Below are positions 49,654 to 59,632 of a stretch of 64,000 nucleotides of DNA, piece after piece. This stretch comes from a virus (lineage: Duplodnaviria; Heunggongvirae; Uroviricota; Caudoviricetes), in IMG/VR virus record IMGVR_UViG_3300047323_000678; one strand, given 5' to 3'. A program made the position numbers and the translations under genes. The notes below the pieces were generated by a model. It did no database searches and had not been told where the DNA came from. It saw nothing but the letters and a program-made list of their open reading frames with translations. How positions within the stretch are numbered: the first letter of the stretch is position 1; each line of letters starts with the position of its first letter.

Positions 49654-49934
49654 AAAAAATTAAATGTAAATTGGTCGCCAGTGCGCCTTCCTTTCGTCAG
49701 AATTTTATTCTTTCATAGTTATGTTAACCTGTCAATAGTAGATTAATGTTTATATATTGCTTTAAAAAAATAATTAATCAACATTATTTTAAAATTAAAA
49801 CTGTTGTTAATTAATTGTATAATTTTAATTTATATATGTATTTTCATTATAATTTGGCTCAAATAGTTGCTATTGCAGAAAAAAAATATATATTAGATAG
49901 TAAATGTTCTGTCTAAATAATCTATGAGTATAAT

Positions 49935-50264
49935 ATGAAATATAATTTTAAATTAATAGCATTAATTCTTTTATTAAATAATCAAATAGTATCTGCTCAA
50001 GAACAAGTAATTGATACTAAAAAAGATAAAATGAGAAAAGTAGTGCAATTAGATTTAGATAAGGACTCAAAAATAAGTAAGGAAGAGTTTATTTTAGCTG
50101 CAAATGCTGAATTTGATAAATTAGACTTAAACAAAGATGGAGTTCTTACTAGAAACGAATTAAGGGAATTTAAATCTTTGAAAGATGAAATTAAAAACTT
50201 TAATGAGAACAGTGAAAAGCATTTAAAGCATCTCAAAAAAAAGAATAAAGTTGATATGCAATAG
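49935..50264 (+). CDS. exported EF-hand protein
   Basis: DLDKDSKISKEE and DLNKDGVLTRNE loops, signal peptide. Confidence 0.85.
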   Translation: MKYNFKLIALILLLNNQIVSAQEQVIDTKKDKMRKVVQLDLDKDSKISKEEFILAANAEFDKLDLNKDGVLTRNELREFKSLKDEIKNFNENSEKHLKHLKKKNKVDMQ

Positions 50265-50299
50265 TGTATATCAATATATTTTATTAGGTGAGTGAACAA

Positions 50300-51253
50300 A
50301 TGAAAAATAATAATAATATATTACATGGCTTTTTACTAGCCATCAGTTTAGGAGTTAGCTGTCAAGCTAATGCTCAAAATCAATCTGGAAATAATACAAA
50401 TAATTGTTTAGAGCAAACAAAAGGAAAAGGTGATTCAACTTGTTTATCTGGATTGACATATACCTCATCAACACCTCCCACAAAAAATTTTCAAGCAAGC
50501 TCAATTAAACCTTTTAGCAAACAAGGATTATCATGCACCACGCCCTGGGGACAAATAATTCAAGATAATACTGAAATAGCTGCTTATAAAACTCCAACTG
50601 GAACATATAATTATGTAACAGGAGCATATGCTGCCGATTGTATGGAAGAGCAGCGTCATTGTACAAACGGAGTTTTAAGTGGAACTTATCAATATAAGAC
50701 TTGCACAATTACACCTGTAGATGCAACCTGTGGCGTAGCAAATGGAGCTTACTATACTTATCCAACAAGTGGACCATCTTCAACTGATGAATGTAATCCA
50801 TCTTATACATATGGTGGGGTCGCTCCAGTTGATGAATCACCACCATCTGTTCCTGCTACATCTGGAGCATATTTAAATACTACTACTAATATTTATACTT
50901 GGACTTGTTCAGGTGAAGCAGGAGGTAGCTCTGCAAGTTGTTTTGCTTATAGAAGAATTAATGCTCAATGTGGTAGCTCGATAAACTCTTGTAATTTAGG
51001 AAATCTAGGAAGTAGTTCTTCATATGATGTTTATTATTCATATAGTTGTAACTGTACATCTTCATGGACTAAAGCAGGAAATCCATCAATACCCTATAGT
51101 GCAACAGATCCAAACAATAGCACTTATTCTAGTAATGGATATACACTTACTAGTTCTTGCTCAACATGTTCTGCATATGATTATACCGTTTATAACTGGA
51201 CATGTAACGGAATAAATGGTGGAACAAATTCAAATTGCTCAGTAAATCAATAA
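50300..51253 (+). CDS. exported Cys-rich repeat protein, paralog 1
   Basis: Signal peptide; CTTPWG...C.EEQRHCTNGVLSG and CG.ANG...WTCSG..GG...C modules. Confidence 0.8.
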   Translation: MKNNNNILHGFLLAISLGVSCQANAQNQSGNNTNNCLEQTKGKGDSTCLSGLTYTSSTPPTKNFQASSIKPFSKQGLSCTTPWGQIIQDNTEIAAYKTPTGTYNYVTGAYAADCMEEQRHCTNGVLSGTYQYKTCTITPVDATCGVANGAYYTYPTSGPSSTDECNPSYTYGGVAPVDESPPSVPATSGAYLNTTTNIYTWTCSGEAGGSSASCFAYRRINAQCGSSINSCNLGNLGSSSSYDVYYSYSCNCTSSWTKAGNPSIPYSATDPNNSTYSSNGYTLTSSCSTCSAYDYTVYNWTCNGINGGTNSNCSVNQ

Positions 51254-51466
51254 AAATTAATTAATATTCAGTATTATTGTAAGGCAGATTTTTAAGGGTC
51301 TGCCTTTTGATTATTAAAATCAAAAAGAGAATAAATAAATATATATAAACTAAAATAGTTTATTAATTTAATTCGAGTATAGTTATATTATTAGCCAAAT
51401 ATTTGACTCAAGTAATAATAATTATTATATTTAATATGCTCAACTAGAATAAGGTAAGAGGTAGTA

Positions 51467-53155
51467 ATGAAAAAAGGAATATTAAGTAATAAAAAGTTAA
51501 TATGTAGTTCATTATTAGCTTTAAGTTTAGGATTATGTGGTAATTCAATAGCTCAAACAAATGTAGAAAACTCAGTAAAAAAAGGATCAGCAGATTCAAC
51601 TTCTATAGCAGTGATAGGATTAGGTACAACAACACCTCCCACAAAAAATTTCCAGGCAAGTTCAATTATGCCATTTAGTAAACCCGGTTTAACATGCACC
51701 ACTCCGTGGGGACAAGTAATTCAGGATAATACTGAAGTGGCAGCTTATAAAACTCCAACAGGAACATATAACTATACAACAGGAACATATGCAGACGATT
51801 GTATAGAAGAACAACGCCATTGTACGAATGGAGTGTTAAGTGGAAGTTATCAATATCAGACTTGTACAATTAAGCCAGTAAATGGAACTTGCGGCATAGC
51901 CAATGGAGCTTATTACACTTATCCAACAAGTGGACCAGCTTCAACCGATCAATGTAATCCAAGTTATACATATGGTGGGGTTGCTCCGTCTGATGAATCT
52001 CCACCATCAGTCCCTGCTACATCTGGAGCATATTTAAATACAACTACCAATGTATATAATTGGACTTGTTCAGGTGAAGCTGGCGGTGGTTCTGCAAGCT
52101 GTTTTGCTTATAGAAAAATTAATGGTCAATGTGGTTCATCGACAAATTCTTGTAATTTAGGGAATTCGGCTAGTCCATCAACAACCGATAATTACAATCC
52201 TAATTATAAATGCTCATGTAGCACAAATACCTCAGGAGTAACTACCTGTACCGCAAATGCATCAGGAAATCAAACTTGCACAGGTGGATATAGAGATACT
52301 ACTTATGCATGGAATTGCATGGGAATTAATACAGGAGCAAATGCTTCATGCAGCAATAATGTTTATATAAGCAGTAAAGATACACAACCAGCACCACCAT
52401 GTGGAGCTACAAGCCAGGCACAATCTTCTAGCTGTCCAAGTGGTTATAATGGAACTCAATCTAGAACTAATACAGTGGATTCTTGCACAGGCACTATTAT
52501 TGCCTATGGTTCTTGGAATACTTCAAGCTGTACTCTTGCATGCACAAATAGTTATTCAACCCAATCAGCTAGTTGCCCAAGTGGTTATAGTGGAACTCAA
52601 TATAGGTCAGTAACTACAAATTCTTGCACAGGGACTTCTTATGGTTCATGGGATACTTCAGGTTGTACATATAATGCACCAACCTGCACAACTAGTTCAT
52701 CAACTGAATCAGCTAGTTGCCCAAGTGGTTATTCAGGAACTCAATATAGATCAGTTAATTATAATAGCTGCACTGGGACTACTTACGGCTCATGGAATAC
52801 TGCTGGTTGCACTCCTGTTCAAACCTGCACAACTAGTTCATCAACCGAATCAGCTAGCTGCCCAAGCGGTTATACTGGAACTCAAACTAGAACTGTGACT
52901 ACAAATTCTTGCACTGGTACCACTTATGGTTCATGGAATACTTCAGGTTGTACTCCTGTTCCAATGTGTGGAATTAAAACTTCACAAGAGACACAACGCT
53001 GTAGTGGAGCGGGTGTAAGTGGTAGTCAATATAGAACAGTCACTACCAATACATGCACAGGAACTACATCATATGGAGCTTGGGATACTTCAGGTTGCTG
53101 TGGTGGAACAACTAAAAGCCCAGGCGGTGCAATTTATTATAATGCTTGTAACTAA
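51467..53155 (+). CDS. exported Cys-rich repeat protein, paralog 2
   Basis: Same N-terminal modules plus 5 copies of a ~45-aa C..SCPSGY.GTQ.R.V..NSCTG..YGSW.T.GC repeat. Confidence 0.85.
   Translation: MKKGILSNKKLICSSLLALSLGLCGNSIAQTNVENSVKKGSADSTSIAVIGLGTTTPPTKNFQASSIMPFSKPGLTCTTPWGQVIQDNTEVAAYKTPTGTYNYTTGTYADDCIEEQRHCTNGVLSGSYQYQTCTIKPVNGTCGIANGAYYTYPTSGPASTDQCNPSYTYGGVAPSDESPPSVPATSGAYLNTTTNVYNWTCSGEAGGGSASCFAYRKINGQCGSSTNSCNLGNSASPSTTDNYNPNYKCSCSTNTSGVTTCTANASGNQTCTGGYRDTTYAWNCMGINTGANASCSNNVYISSKDTQPAPPCGATSQAQSSSCPSGYNGTQSRTNTVDSCTGTIIAYGSWNTSSCTLACTNSYSTQSASCPSGYSGTQYRSVTTNSCTGTSYGSWDTSGCTYNAPTCTTSSSTESASCPSGYSGTQYRSVNYNSCTGTTYGSWNTAGCTPVQTCTTSSSTESASCPSGYTGTQTRTVTTNSCTGTTYGSWNTSGCTPVPMCGIKTSQETQRCSGAGVSGSQYRTVTTNTCTGTTSYGAWDTSGCCGGTTKSPGGAIYYNACN
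52399..53100 (+). repeat. intragenic tandem repeat (~135-144 bp units)
   Basis: Recurrent AGCTAGTTGCCCAAG(T/C)GGTTAT...GGAACTCAA...TCTTGCAC...GGTTCATGG; also at ~54255-54810. Confidence 0.85.
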
Positions 53156-53164
53156 GCTTTAATT

Positions 53165-53190
53165 AAAAGGAACCTTCGGGTTCCTTTTTT
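53165..53190 (+). terminator. intrinsic terminator
   Basis: AAAAGGAACC-TTCG-GGTTCCTTTTTT. Confidence 0.9.
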
Positions 53191-53327
53191 ATTTATATAT
53201 CTCAATTAATCATAATGGTATTAAAATTAGATGAGTATTATTACCTATTGAATTAAATAAAAATTAATATATTATTTACCATGCATAATTATAGTCTAAT
53301 ATGCATAGAGATATAAAGTAATGGAAA

Positions 53328-54965
53328 GTGATGAAAAAAGAAATATTAAGTAATAAAAAGTTAATATGTAGTTTATTATTAACGATAAGTTTAGGGTTAA
53401 GTTGTAATTCAATAGCAGAAACAAACACATTAAAGAAAGGTTCAGCAGATTCAACTTCTATAGAAACAATAGGATTAAGTTCAACAACAACACCCACAAA
53501 AAATTTCCAGGCAAGTTCAATTAAGCCATTTAACAAACTAGGATTAACCTGCACCACTCCGTGGGGACAAATAATTCAAGATAACACTGAAATTGCAGCT
53601 TATAAAACTTCCACAGGAACATATAACTATACAACAGGAACATATGCAGACGATTGTATAGAAGAACAAAGACATTGCACGAATGGTGTTTTAAGTGGAA
53701 GTTATCAATATCAGACTTGTACAATTAAGCCAGTAAATGGAACTTGTGGTATAGCCAATGGTGCTTATTATACTTATCCAACAAGTGGGCCGGCTTCAAC
53801 TGATCAATGCAATCCAAGTTATACATATGGCGGTAATCCACCAGCGGACGAATCACCACCATCAGTCCCAGCTACATCTGGAGCATATTTAAATACAACT
53901 ACCAATGTATATAATTGGACTTGTTCAGGTGAAGCAGGCGGTAGCTCTGCAAGTTGTTTTGCTTATAGAAGAATTAATGGTCAATGTGGTTCTTCAACAA
54001 ATTCTTGTAATTTAGGGAATTCAGCTAATCCATCATCAACCGATAATTATAATCCTAATTATAAATGTAGTTGCACAACAAATACCTCAGGAGTAACAAC
54101 TTGTTCTGCTAATGCATCAGGAAATCAGACTTGCACAGGTGGATATAAAGATACTACTTATGCTTGGAGTTGTATGGGTATTAATACAGGCACAAATGCT
54201 TCATGCAGCAATAATGTTTATATAAGCAGCAAAGATACTCCTGTTGCACCACCATGCGGGGCTACAAGTCAGGCACAATCTTCTGCTTGTCCAAGTGGTT
54301 ATAATGGAACGCAATCTAGAACCAATACAGTAGATTCTTGCACAGGAAGTGTTATTATTTATGGTTCTTGGAATACTTCAAGCTGTACTCTTGCATGCAC
54401 AAACAGTTATTCAACTCAATCGGCTAGTTGCCCAAGCGGTTACAGCGGAACACAATATAGATCAGTAACTACAAATTCTTGCACAGGAACTTCTTATGGT
54501 TCATGGGACACTTCAGGTTGTACTGCTGTTCCATCATGCACAAATAGTTATTCAACGCAATCAGCTAGTTGCCCAAGCGGTTATTCAGGAACTCAATATA
54601 GGTCAGTAACTACAAATTCTTGCACTGGCACTACTTACGGTTCATGGGATACTTCGGGTTGTACATATAATGCACCATCATGCACAACTAGTTCATCAAC
54701 TGAATCAGCTAGTTGCCCAAGCGGTTATACTGGAACTCAAACTAGAACTGTAACTACAAATTCTTGCACTGGTACCACTTATGGTTCGTGGAATACTTCA
54801 GGTTGTACTGTTGCTGCTCCAAGTTGTTCAGGAGCATACAGAACTATGAACTCTGGAGCATCTTGTTGGGGTGAACAATATCTTTCAAATGGTAGTGGAG
54901 GATGTTCTTGGCAAAAAACAGGAGATACTGGGGTTTGGTCAGCCGGTTTCTGTAGGTGGAGATAA
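53328..54965 (+). CDS. exported Cys-rich repeat protein, paralog 3
   Basis: Nearly identical to paralog 2, with 4 repeats and a different C-terminal tip. Confidence 0.85.
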   Translation: MMKKEILSNKKLICSLLLTISLGLSCNSIAETNTLKKGSADSTSIETIGLSSTTTPTKNFQASSIKPFNKLGLTCTTPWGQIIQDNTEIAAYKTSTGTYNYTTGTYADDCIEEQRHCTNGVLSGSYQYQTCTIKPVNGTCGIANGAYYTYPTSGPASTDQCNPSYTYGGNPPADESPPSVPATSGAYLNTTTNVYNWTCSGEAGGSSASCFAYRRINGQCGSSTNSCNLGNSANPSSTDNYNPNYKCSCTTNTSGVTTCSANASGNQTCTGGYKDTTYAWSCMGINTGTNASCSNNVYISSKDTPVAPPCGATSQAQSSACPSGYNGTQSRTNTVDSCTGSVIIYGSWNTSSCTLACTNSYSTQSASCPSGYSGTQYRSVTTNSCTGTSYGSWDTSGCTAVPSCTNSYSTQSASCPSGYSGTQYRSVTTNSCTGTTYGSWDTSGCTYNAPSCTTSSSTESASCPSGYTGTQTRTVTTNSCTGTTYGSWNTSGCTVAAPSCSGAYRTMNSGASCWGEQYLSNGSGGCSWQKTGDTGVWSAGFCRWR

Positions 54966-55080
54966 ATTAATATAGCCTAATAAAAAAGTCACAAACCTTC
55001 ATGGAATGTGGCTTTTTTTAATACTAATGAATTTTAAATTATGTTATAATCAACGATAAATAAATCACGGGAAGAATTAA

Positions 55081-55584
55081 ATGAAATATACTGTTAAAGA
55101 AGATGTGTGGGAAGACTTAATTACTGGTCAGACATACATCAGGAATTATGCATTTAGTCCTATTGTGGCCTTTGATAATAATGGAAATGTAATTAAAGGA
55201 TATACTTATAAACCTTATTCTTTCGTTGGAGAAGATGGTTTATCATCAATGGATTCAGAAAAATTCGGATATCGAGCATATTGCCTGACACAAAATTTGT
55301 TCTTGACTGAGGAACAATCTAAACAGCGGTTTAAATATCTTGGAAAATTAGAACGCCAAGAAGATATTGATGAAAGCATTCGTCATTATTCTGAAGAAAA
55401 TTGTGATTTTAATAATTTTGCTTGGTTAGCGGAACTGACAATGCGTGATTTAACCAGTAAAGATGCTGGAGGTTTAAGCCAATGTGTTCAAGCAAAACTG
55501 CTAGAATTTTTATTCAAACATGCTGAATCATCAGAAAAATTTGAGGAAGTAAAAAAAAGATATTTTAATAATAAAGGAAATTAA
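55081..55584 (+). CDS. hypothetical protein
   Basis: 167 aa, extended -10 TGTTATAAT upstream. Confidence 0.7.
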   Translation: MKYTVKEDVWEDLITGQTYIRNYAFSPIVAFDNNGNVIKGYTYKPYSFVGEDGLSSMDSEKFGYRAYCLTQNLFLTEEQSKQRFKYLGKLERQEDIDESIRHYSEENCDFNNFAWLAELTMRDLTSKDAGGLSQCVQAKLLEFLFKHAESSEKFEEVKKRYFNNKGN

Positions 55585-55950
55585 ATGGGACTATTATTCC
55601 AATTAGGTCTGATGCTTGGCACAGTTATAATGATTAAATTTAATCTTATAATTGGAGTTGCATTAATGTTTATCGGTAATAAGATTGGTGGTTTAGGTGT
55701 TGTATTAGAAGCCATAGGGTTAGGATATTTAGTTATTTTCGTTATTTCTCATACCAGATGTTCTTATGTAGTATTTAGTGAAATGCATGATCCTAATCTA
55801 TTAGGAAAACCAATTACAGAACCAGAAAATGTAAAGGAAGCAGTAAGTATCAAAAAAAATCAGCTACTTTTAGGTTTTATTTGGCGTCTTAGTAGAGAAA
55901 TAGATTTTATTAAGAAAACTTTTAAATTAGATTTTAAATCTACAAATTAA
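55585..55950 (+). CDS. membrane protein
   Basis: 121 aa, N-terminal hydrophobic segments. Confidence 0.65.
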   Translation: MGLLFQLGLMLGTVIMIKFNLIIGVALMFIGNKIGGLGVVLEAIGLGYLVIFVISHTRCSYVVFSEMHDPNLLGKPITEPENVKEAVSIKKNQLLLGFIWRLSREIDFIKKTFKLDFKSTN

Positions 55951-56031
55951 AATATTAATTGTACTTAATTAGAAATAGGCTTATAATATCTTTTGGATAT
56001 TATAGGTCTATTTTATTTTATGGAGTATGAG

Positions 56032-56394
56032 ATGAAATTTACAAAAAAACTTATTGCAGTTGTGAGCTTAATGTTTTCAAATGCAGCATTTGCAGGTAGT
56101 GGAAGCAAAGTTCAATATGTTCCTGAACCTATAATTATTAATTCTACGAAACCATGTATGATTCAAATTGATAAAAATACATTTATCAATGCAAATCATA
56201 TTTCCTCTATTTATGTAGGAACGAATTCTTACTATGATAAAGAAAAAAGTTCATTTGTTGCATCCAAATATATTTATAAACCTGCCTTGATTTACATTGT
56301 AGGTAAAATAACACACTCCGTAGAATTGGATAATCCTACTGCTGAGCAAATGCGAATTTTAGAAGTAATTAATAAAACTTGTAATAAAAATTAA
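56032..56394 (+). CDS. exported small protein, Cys-pair family member 1
   Basis: Signal peptide ...AFA; CMIQID..FINANHI...INKTC; TGTACT-N16-TATAAT promoter at 55960-55987. Confidence 0.7.
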   Translation: MKFTKKLIAVVSLMFSNAAFAGSGSKVQYVPEPIIINSTKPCMIQIDKNTFINANHISSIYVGTNSYYDKEKSSFVASKYIYKPALIYIVGKITHSVELDNPTAEQMRILEVINKTCNKN

Positions 56395-56426
56395 ATTAAC
56401 CCAAAATGCCAAAAGAAAGATTACAA

Positions 56427-56759
56427 ATGAAAAAAATTAAAATTATTATTGCTATTTCTCTGCTTAGTTTAACAGGAATTACTCATGCAGGTTCGTCAAG
56501 CAATGGTCGTAGTGATGAAGGCTCAAGGCAAATTGCTTGTATGATTCCTGTGCATACAAATGATTATTACCAGTTTCTTAATGCTAACATGATTCGTTAT
56601 GTGAGAATCGCCAAAACGAATGAGGAAATGGTAAGAATTCTATATGCAGGCAATACTTCTGACAATACAATCAACATTGTATATAACACAAAAGAAGAAG
56701 CTCTAGCAGCAGCCAATCGTTTCATTACTGCAATTAATAATTGTGGAAAAAGTCAATAA
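56427..56759 (+). CDS. exported small protein, Cys-pair family member 2
   Basis: Signal peptide ...THA; CMIPV...FLNANMIRYV...INNC. Confidence 0.7.
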   Translation: MKKIKIIIAISLLSLTGITHAGSSSNGRSDEGSRQIACMIPVHTNDYYQFLNANMIRYVRIAKTNEEMVRILYAGNTSDNTINIVYNTKEEALAAANRFITAINNCGKSQ

Positions 56760-56867
56760 AAAAACTGCTAAAATAAAATCTTTAGTGTAAAATAATGATT
56801 CAGACCTAAGTGTTTTTAGCTTAAAGTTGGATACTTAAGTAAAAAAAATCAACTGCTGTTTTTTTAA

Positions 56868-57071
56868 ATGTCAAGGGAAAATATGACCATTCTGACTTTT
56901 ATTGGCACCATTATTCTGAAAATTATTCTTACATTTTTTGCTTTAGGTTTCATGGCTATGTTTTTCTTATGGCCGTCAAATGAACAACCTGTGGCTACTT
57001 CAAGAAAAGTCATGTTTGGTATTGCTTCTTTGGCATTTATCGGTTGGATGTTTAATTTTTATTTGGTTTAA
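56868..57071 (+). CDS. small two-TM membrane protein
   Basis: 67 aa. Confidence 0.6.
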   Translation: MSRENMTILTFIGTIILKIILTFFALGFMAMFFLWPSNEQPVATSRKVMFGIASLAFIGWMFNFYLV

Positions 57072-57075
57072 TCAA

Positions 57076-57696
57076 ATGGAAAAAAGAACTTGGTGTTATC
57101 TTCAACAGCCTTTTAATTTTGAAATGGCTGCCTGTGATTGCGGTAATGAAGAAACGCAATGGTCTGAGTATAAAGATCATTTATGGTGTGATAAATGCCA
57201 GAAAGATTTTATTCCCAAGCATACAGGTATTTTTAGTGGTCCTATTCCAATTATGGCATCAAGAATGCTAGGATTGCATTTTGATAGGTTTAATATCCTC
57301 ACTGAACAAGCCGAAATCTTGGATGAAGCAAATTTGCCAGACAATTTGCATTATGTTCCATGTATCAATCCTTATGTTCTTTTTAAAAATAAACATATTG
57401 ATGTAGAAGTAAAATATTTTGTAGATAATAAATTTACTTTGCAAAAAGCATTCTTGTCTTATAAAGATGGTGAAGTTAAAATTGAATTAAATGAGCCATT
57501 AAAAGAACAAAAGGCTAAAGGTTTTCATCTTACAATTAATTTTAATTATCCCGAGACAGAATCATTTTATCTAACACTTTTTATAAATGATGATTTGAAA
57601 AATTTTAGTGTGGGTGCTGATTCAAATCATATTGAATTATTGAAGTTTATTAATAAAAATGAATTAAAGTATATTTTAACCGAAGCAAATAGTTAA
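57076..57696 (+). CDS. zinc-ribbon protein
   Basis: CDCGN...WSEY..HLWCDKC; start ATG 57076 inferred. Confidence 0.7.
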   Translation: MEKRTWCYLQQPFNFEMAACDCGNEETQWSEYKDHLWCDKCQKDFIPKHTGIFSGPIPIMASRMLGLHFDRFNILTEQAEILDEANLPDNLHYVPCINPYVLFKNKHIDVEVKYFVDNKFTLQKAFLSYKDGEVKIELNEPLKEQKAKGFHLTINFNYPETESFYLTLFINDDLKNFSVGADSNHIELLKFINKNELKYILTEANS

Positions 57697-57713
57697 AAAT
57701 TTTTTCATAATTA

Positions 57714-57742
57714 TGTACAAAAATAGAAACATAGCTTATAAT
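57714..57742 (+). promoter_or_regulatory. TGTACA-N17-TATAAT promoter
   Basis: TGTACA 57714-57719, TATAAT 57737-57742. Confidence 0.65.
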
Positions 57743-57784
57743 AGCGATATGGTTTATCACGATAATTATAAATAGAGGTGAAAA

Positions 57785-57994
57785 ATGAAAATGGAACTAT
57801 TTTATATAGCCGAAATTACTGAAAAAGTTAATTTTGAAGATAATGCACCAAAAGAAAAAATTGCTAAATTTATTTCTGGTCCATTTGGCTCTTGGGATCT
57901 TGCATGTGATGCCAAACAAAAAGCTTCGGATAAAAGGTTATCCCGCTCTAATATTGAAATTGTTACACAAACAATTGAAGTAGATGTAGATTAA
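57785..57994 (+). CDS. hypothetical protein
   Basis: 69 aa, GAGGTG RBS. Confidence 0.7.
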   Translation: MKMELFYIAEITEKVNFEDNAPKEKIAKFISGPFGSWDLACDAKQKASDKRLSRSNIEIVTQTIEVDVD

Positions 57995-58011
57995 AAATAA
58001 CGGAAATTAAA

Positions 58012-58149
58012 ATGAAAAAAATTTTGAAAGTGTTGAATCCTTTCATAGCTATAATTAATTATTTTAGATACTCTGCGCATCTAGAGTCTCAAAGATTCAA
58101 TAAGAATCCTGAACCATACGATTTTAGTAAAGATATGAAATACTTTTAA
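58012..58149 (+). CDS. small protein (45 aa, not in ORF track)
   Basis: MKKILKVLNPFIAIINYFRYSAHLESQRF...KYF*; fills an operon gap. Confidence 0.5.
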   Translation: MKKILKVLNPFIAIINYFRYSAHLESQRFNKNPEPYDFSKDMKYF

Positions 58150-58158
58150 GGAATAAAA

Positions 58159-58764
58159 ATGACCAATAAAACCATTTTCAGCGTTGTATGGGATGCAGCT
58201 AAACTAGCTGACAAATATCATAGCTCACGCACTACCAGCACAATTCTTAACCATGCAATGTCTGAATTGGGTGAAACGGCCATTGAAATTAATATTGTCA
58301 AAGGTGAAAATAGCCAACCAGGACCAGATGGAATTATTGGTGAAGCACTAGATACAATTGCTGCACTGCTAGATTTAATTTATGTAGTTAATCCCAATAT
58401 TAAAGAATACGAAGTAGTTAAGATTATTGATCCATTCATGGATTACGAAACAATCTATACTGCCGTATGGGGTGAAACTAAATCGGCTGAAAAATATCAT
58501 GGATTTAGGAATGAATTCTCCATTCTAAATTATGCAATGTGCAAAATGGGGGAATTGGCAATTGAAGTCAATATTGCTAATGGTGCAAGCTATAAAAAGC
58601 CTAGCCAATATGGAGTTATTGGTAAAGCTATGAATACAATTGCTGCGCTTATGGATCTGATTCATGTAATTGATCCGAATCTAACTGAAGAAGAACTCAT
58701 TGAAAAGCTTCAACCAAAAATGAATAAATGGATTGAAAAAATTAAAGAGCACAGTGAAGCATAA
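58159..58764 (+). CDS. MazG-like protein with internal tandem duplication
   Basis: SELGETAIE...GEALD in repeat 1; CKMGELAIE...GKAMN in repeat 2. Confidence 0.7.
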   Translation: MTNKTIFSVVWDAAKLADKYHSSRTTSTILNHAMSELGETAIEINIVKGENSQPGPDGIIGEALDTIAALLDLIYVVNPNIKEYEVVKIIDPFMDYETIYTAVWGETKSAEKYHGFRNEFSILNYAMCKMGELAIEVNIANGASYKKPSQYGVIGKAMNTIAALMDLIHVIDPNLTEEELIEKLQPKMNKWIEKIKEHSEA

Positions 58765-58904
58765 CTAGCTCTAAATTTTGGTAAAATTAAAGTAAGGATG
58801 TTAAAAATAGCATCCTTATTTTGTTTAAAATAAATTATGGTTTAAAAATTATGTTATAATATTTTTACTTTGAAACATAGTTAAAACATCAATAGGAGAT
58901 AAAC

Positions 58905-59093
58905 ATGCCTAAGCGTCTAAAAGTTAAGCTTTTTTACTCAGACCATTGCGTTTCTGTAGCAGAGGCAGAAGTAAACAAATGGATTGAAAGTAATTCTGAT
59001 CTTGAAATCCAAGAGATTAAAGTAACTGGAGCAGGTTCTCAGCATGCTCAATTTATGATTTCCATTACCTATTTAGAATATTATTTGGAATAA
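58905..59093 (+). CDS. hypothetical protein
   Basis: 62 aa, AGGAG RBS; KVKLF...E.EVNKWI...I..IK pattern. Confidence 0.7.
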   Translation: MPKRLKVKLFYSDHCVSVAEAEVNKWIESNSDLEIQEIKVTGAGSQHAQFMISITYLEYYLE

Positions 59094-59167
59094 TTTTATT
59101 TATAAAAATTTTGTTATAATAATCTCACTTTAGACCTATTAAAAATCCAATTTAGGAGTTAAAAAAT

Positions 59168-59578
59168 ATGAAAAACATTAAATTTGCTGCTATTTTTTCT
59201 TTGATGATTGCTTCCCAAGCTGCGCAAGCAATTGTTATTGCTCGTGCCCCCGTTATCGTTCGTGCTGCACCGGCTGTCCATGTATCAACTCCATCAGTTC
59301 ATACTGCGGCACCATCAGCACATATTCCGACACCGGTATCTGTTGCAAAAACTGCTCCTATTCCAGTTACGGTAGCAAAAGCACCTACTCCTGTTAACCT
59401 TGCAAAAACAGCAGTTTCTTCTAAATCTGCCTCCACAGTAGAAAAGAATACAGCAATGCAAAAAAATGTTGTAATGCCTAATATTACCAATACAGCAATT
59501 ATTACTCCGAATATTATTGGCAATAGTGATAAATGTAATGAGAAAGAAAAAAATAATAAAAAATGTAAAACACCATAA
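59168..59578 (+). CDS. exported Ala/Pro/Thr-rich protein
   Basis: AGGAG RBS, signal peptide ...AAQA. Confidence 0.7.
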   Translation: MKNIKFAAIFSLMIASQAAQAIVIARAPVIVRAAPAVHVSTPSVHTAAPSAHIPTPVSVAKTAPIPVTVAKAPTPVNLAKTAVSSKSASTVEKNTAMQKNVVMPNITNTAIITPNIIGNSDKCNEKEKNNKKCKTP

Positions 59579-59601
59579 TTTATTAAATTTAGAAGAAAAT
59601 A

Positions 59602-59631
59602 AAAAAGCCCACTTCTTGTGGGCTTTTTTTT
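59602..59631. terminator. bidirectional terminator
   Basis: AAAAAGCCCAC-TTCTT-GTGGGCTTTTTT. Confidence 0.85.
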
Positions 59632-59632
59632 A

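Noticed and set aside
52399-54810. CRISPR array or diversity-generating retroelement repeats
   Set aside because: Repeats are in-frame coding units without unique spacers. There is no cas gene, no reverse transcriptase and no adenine-specific variation.
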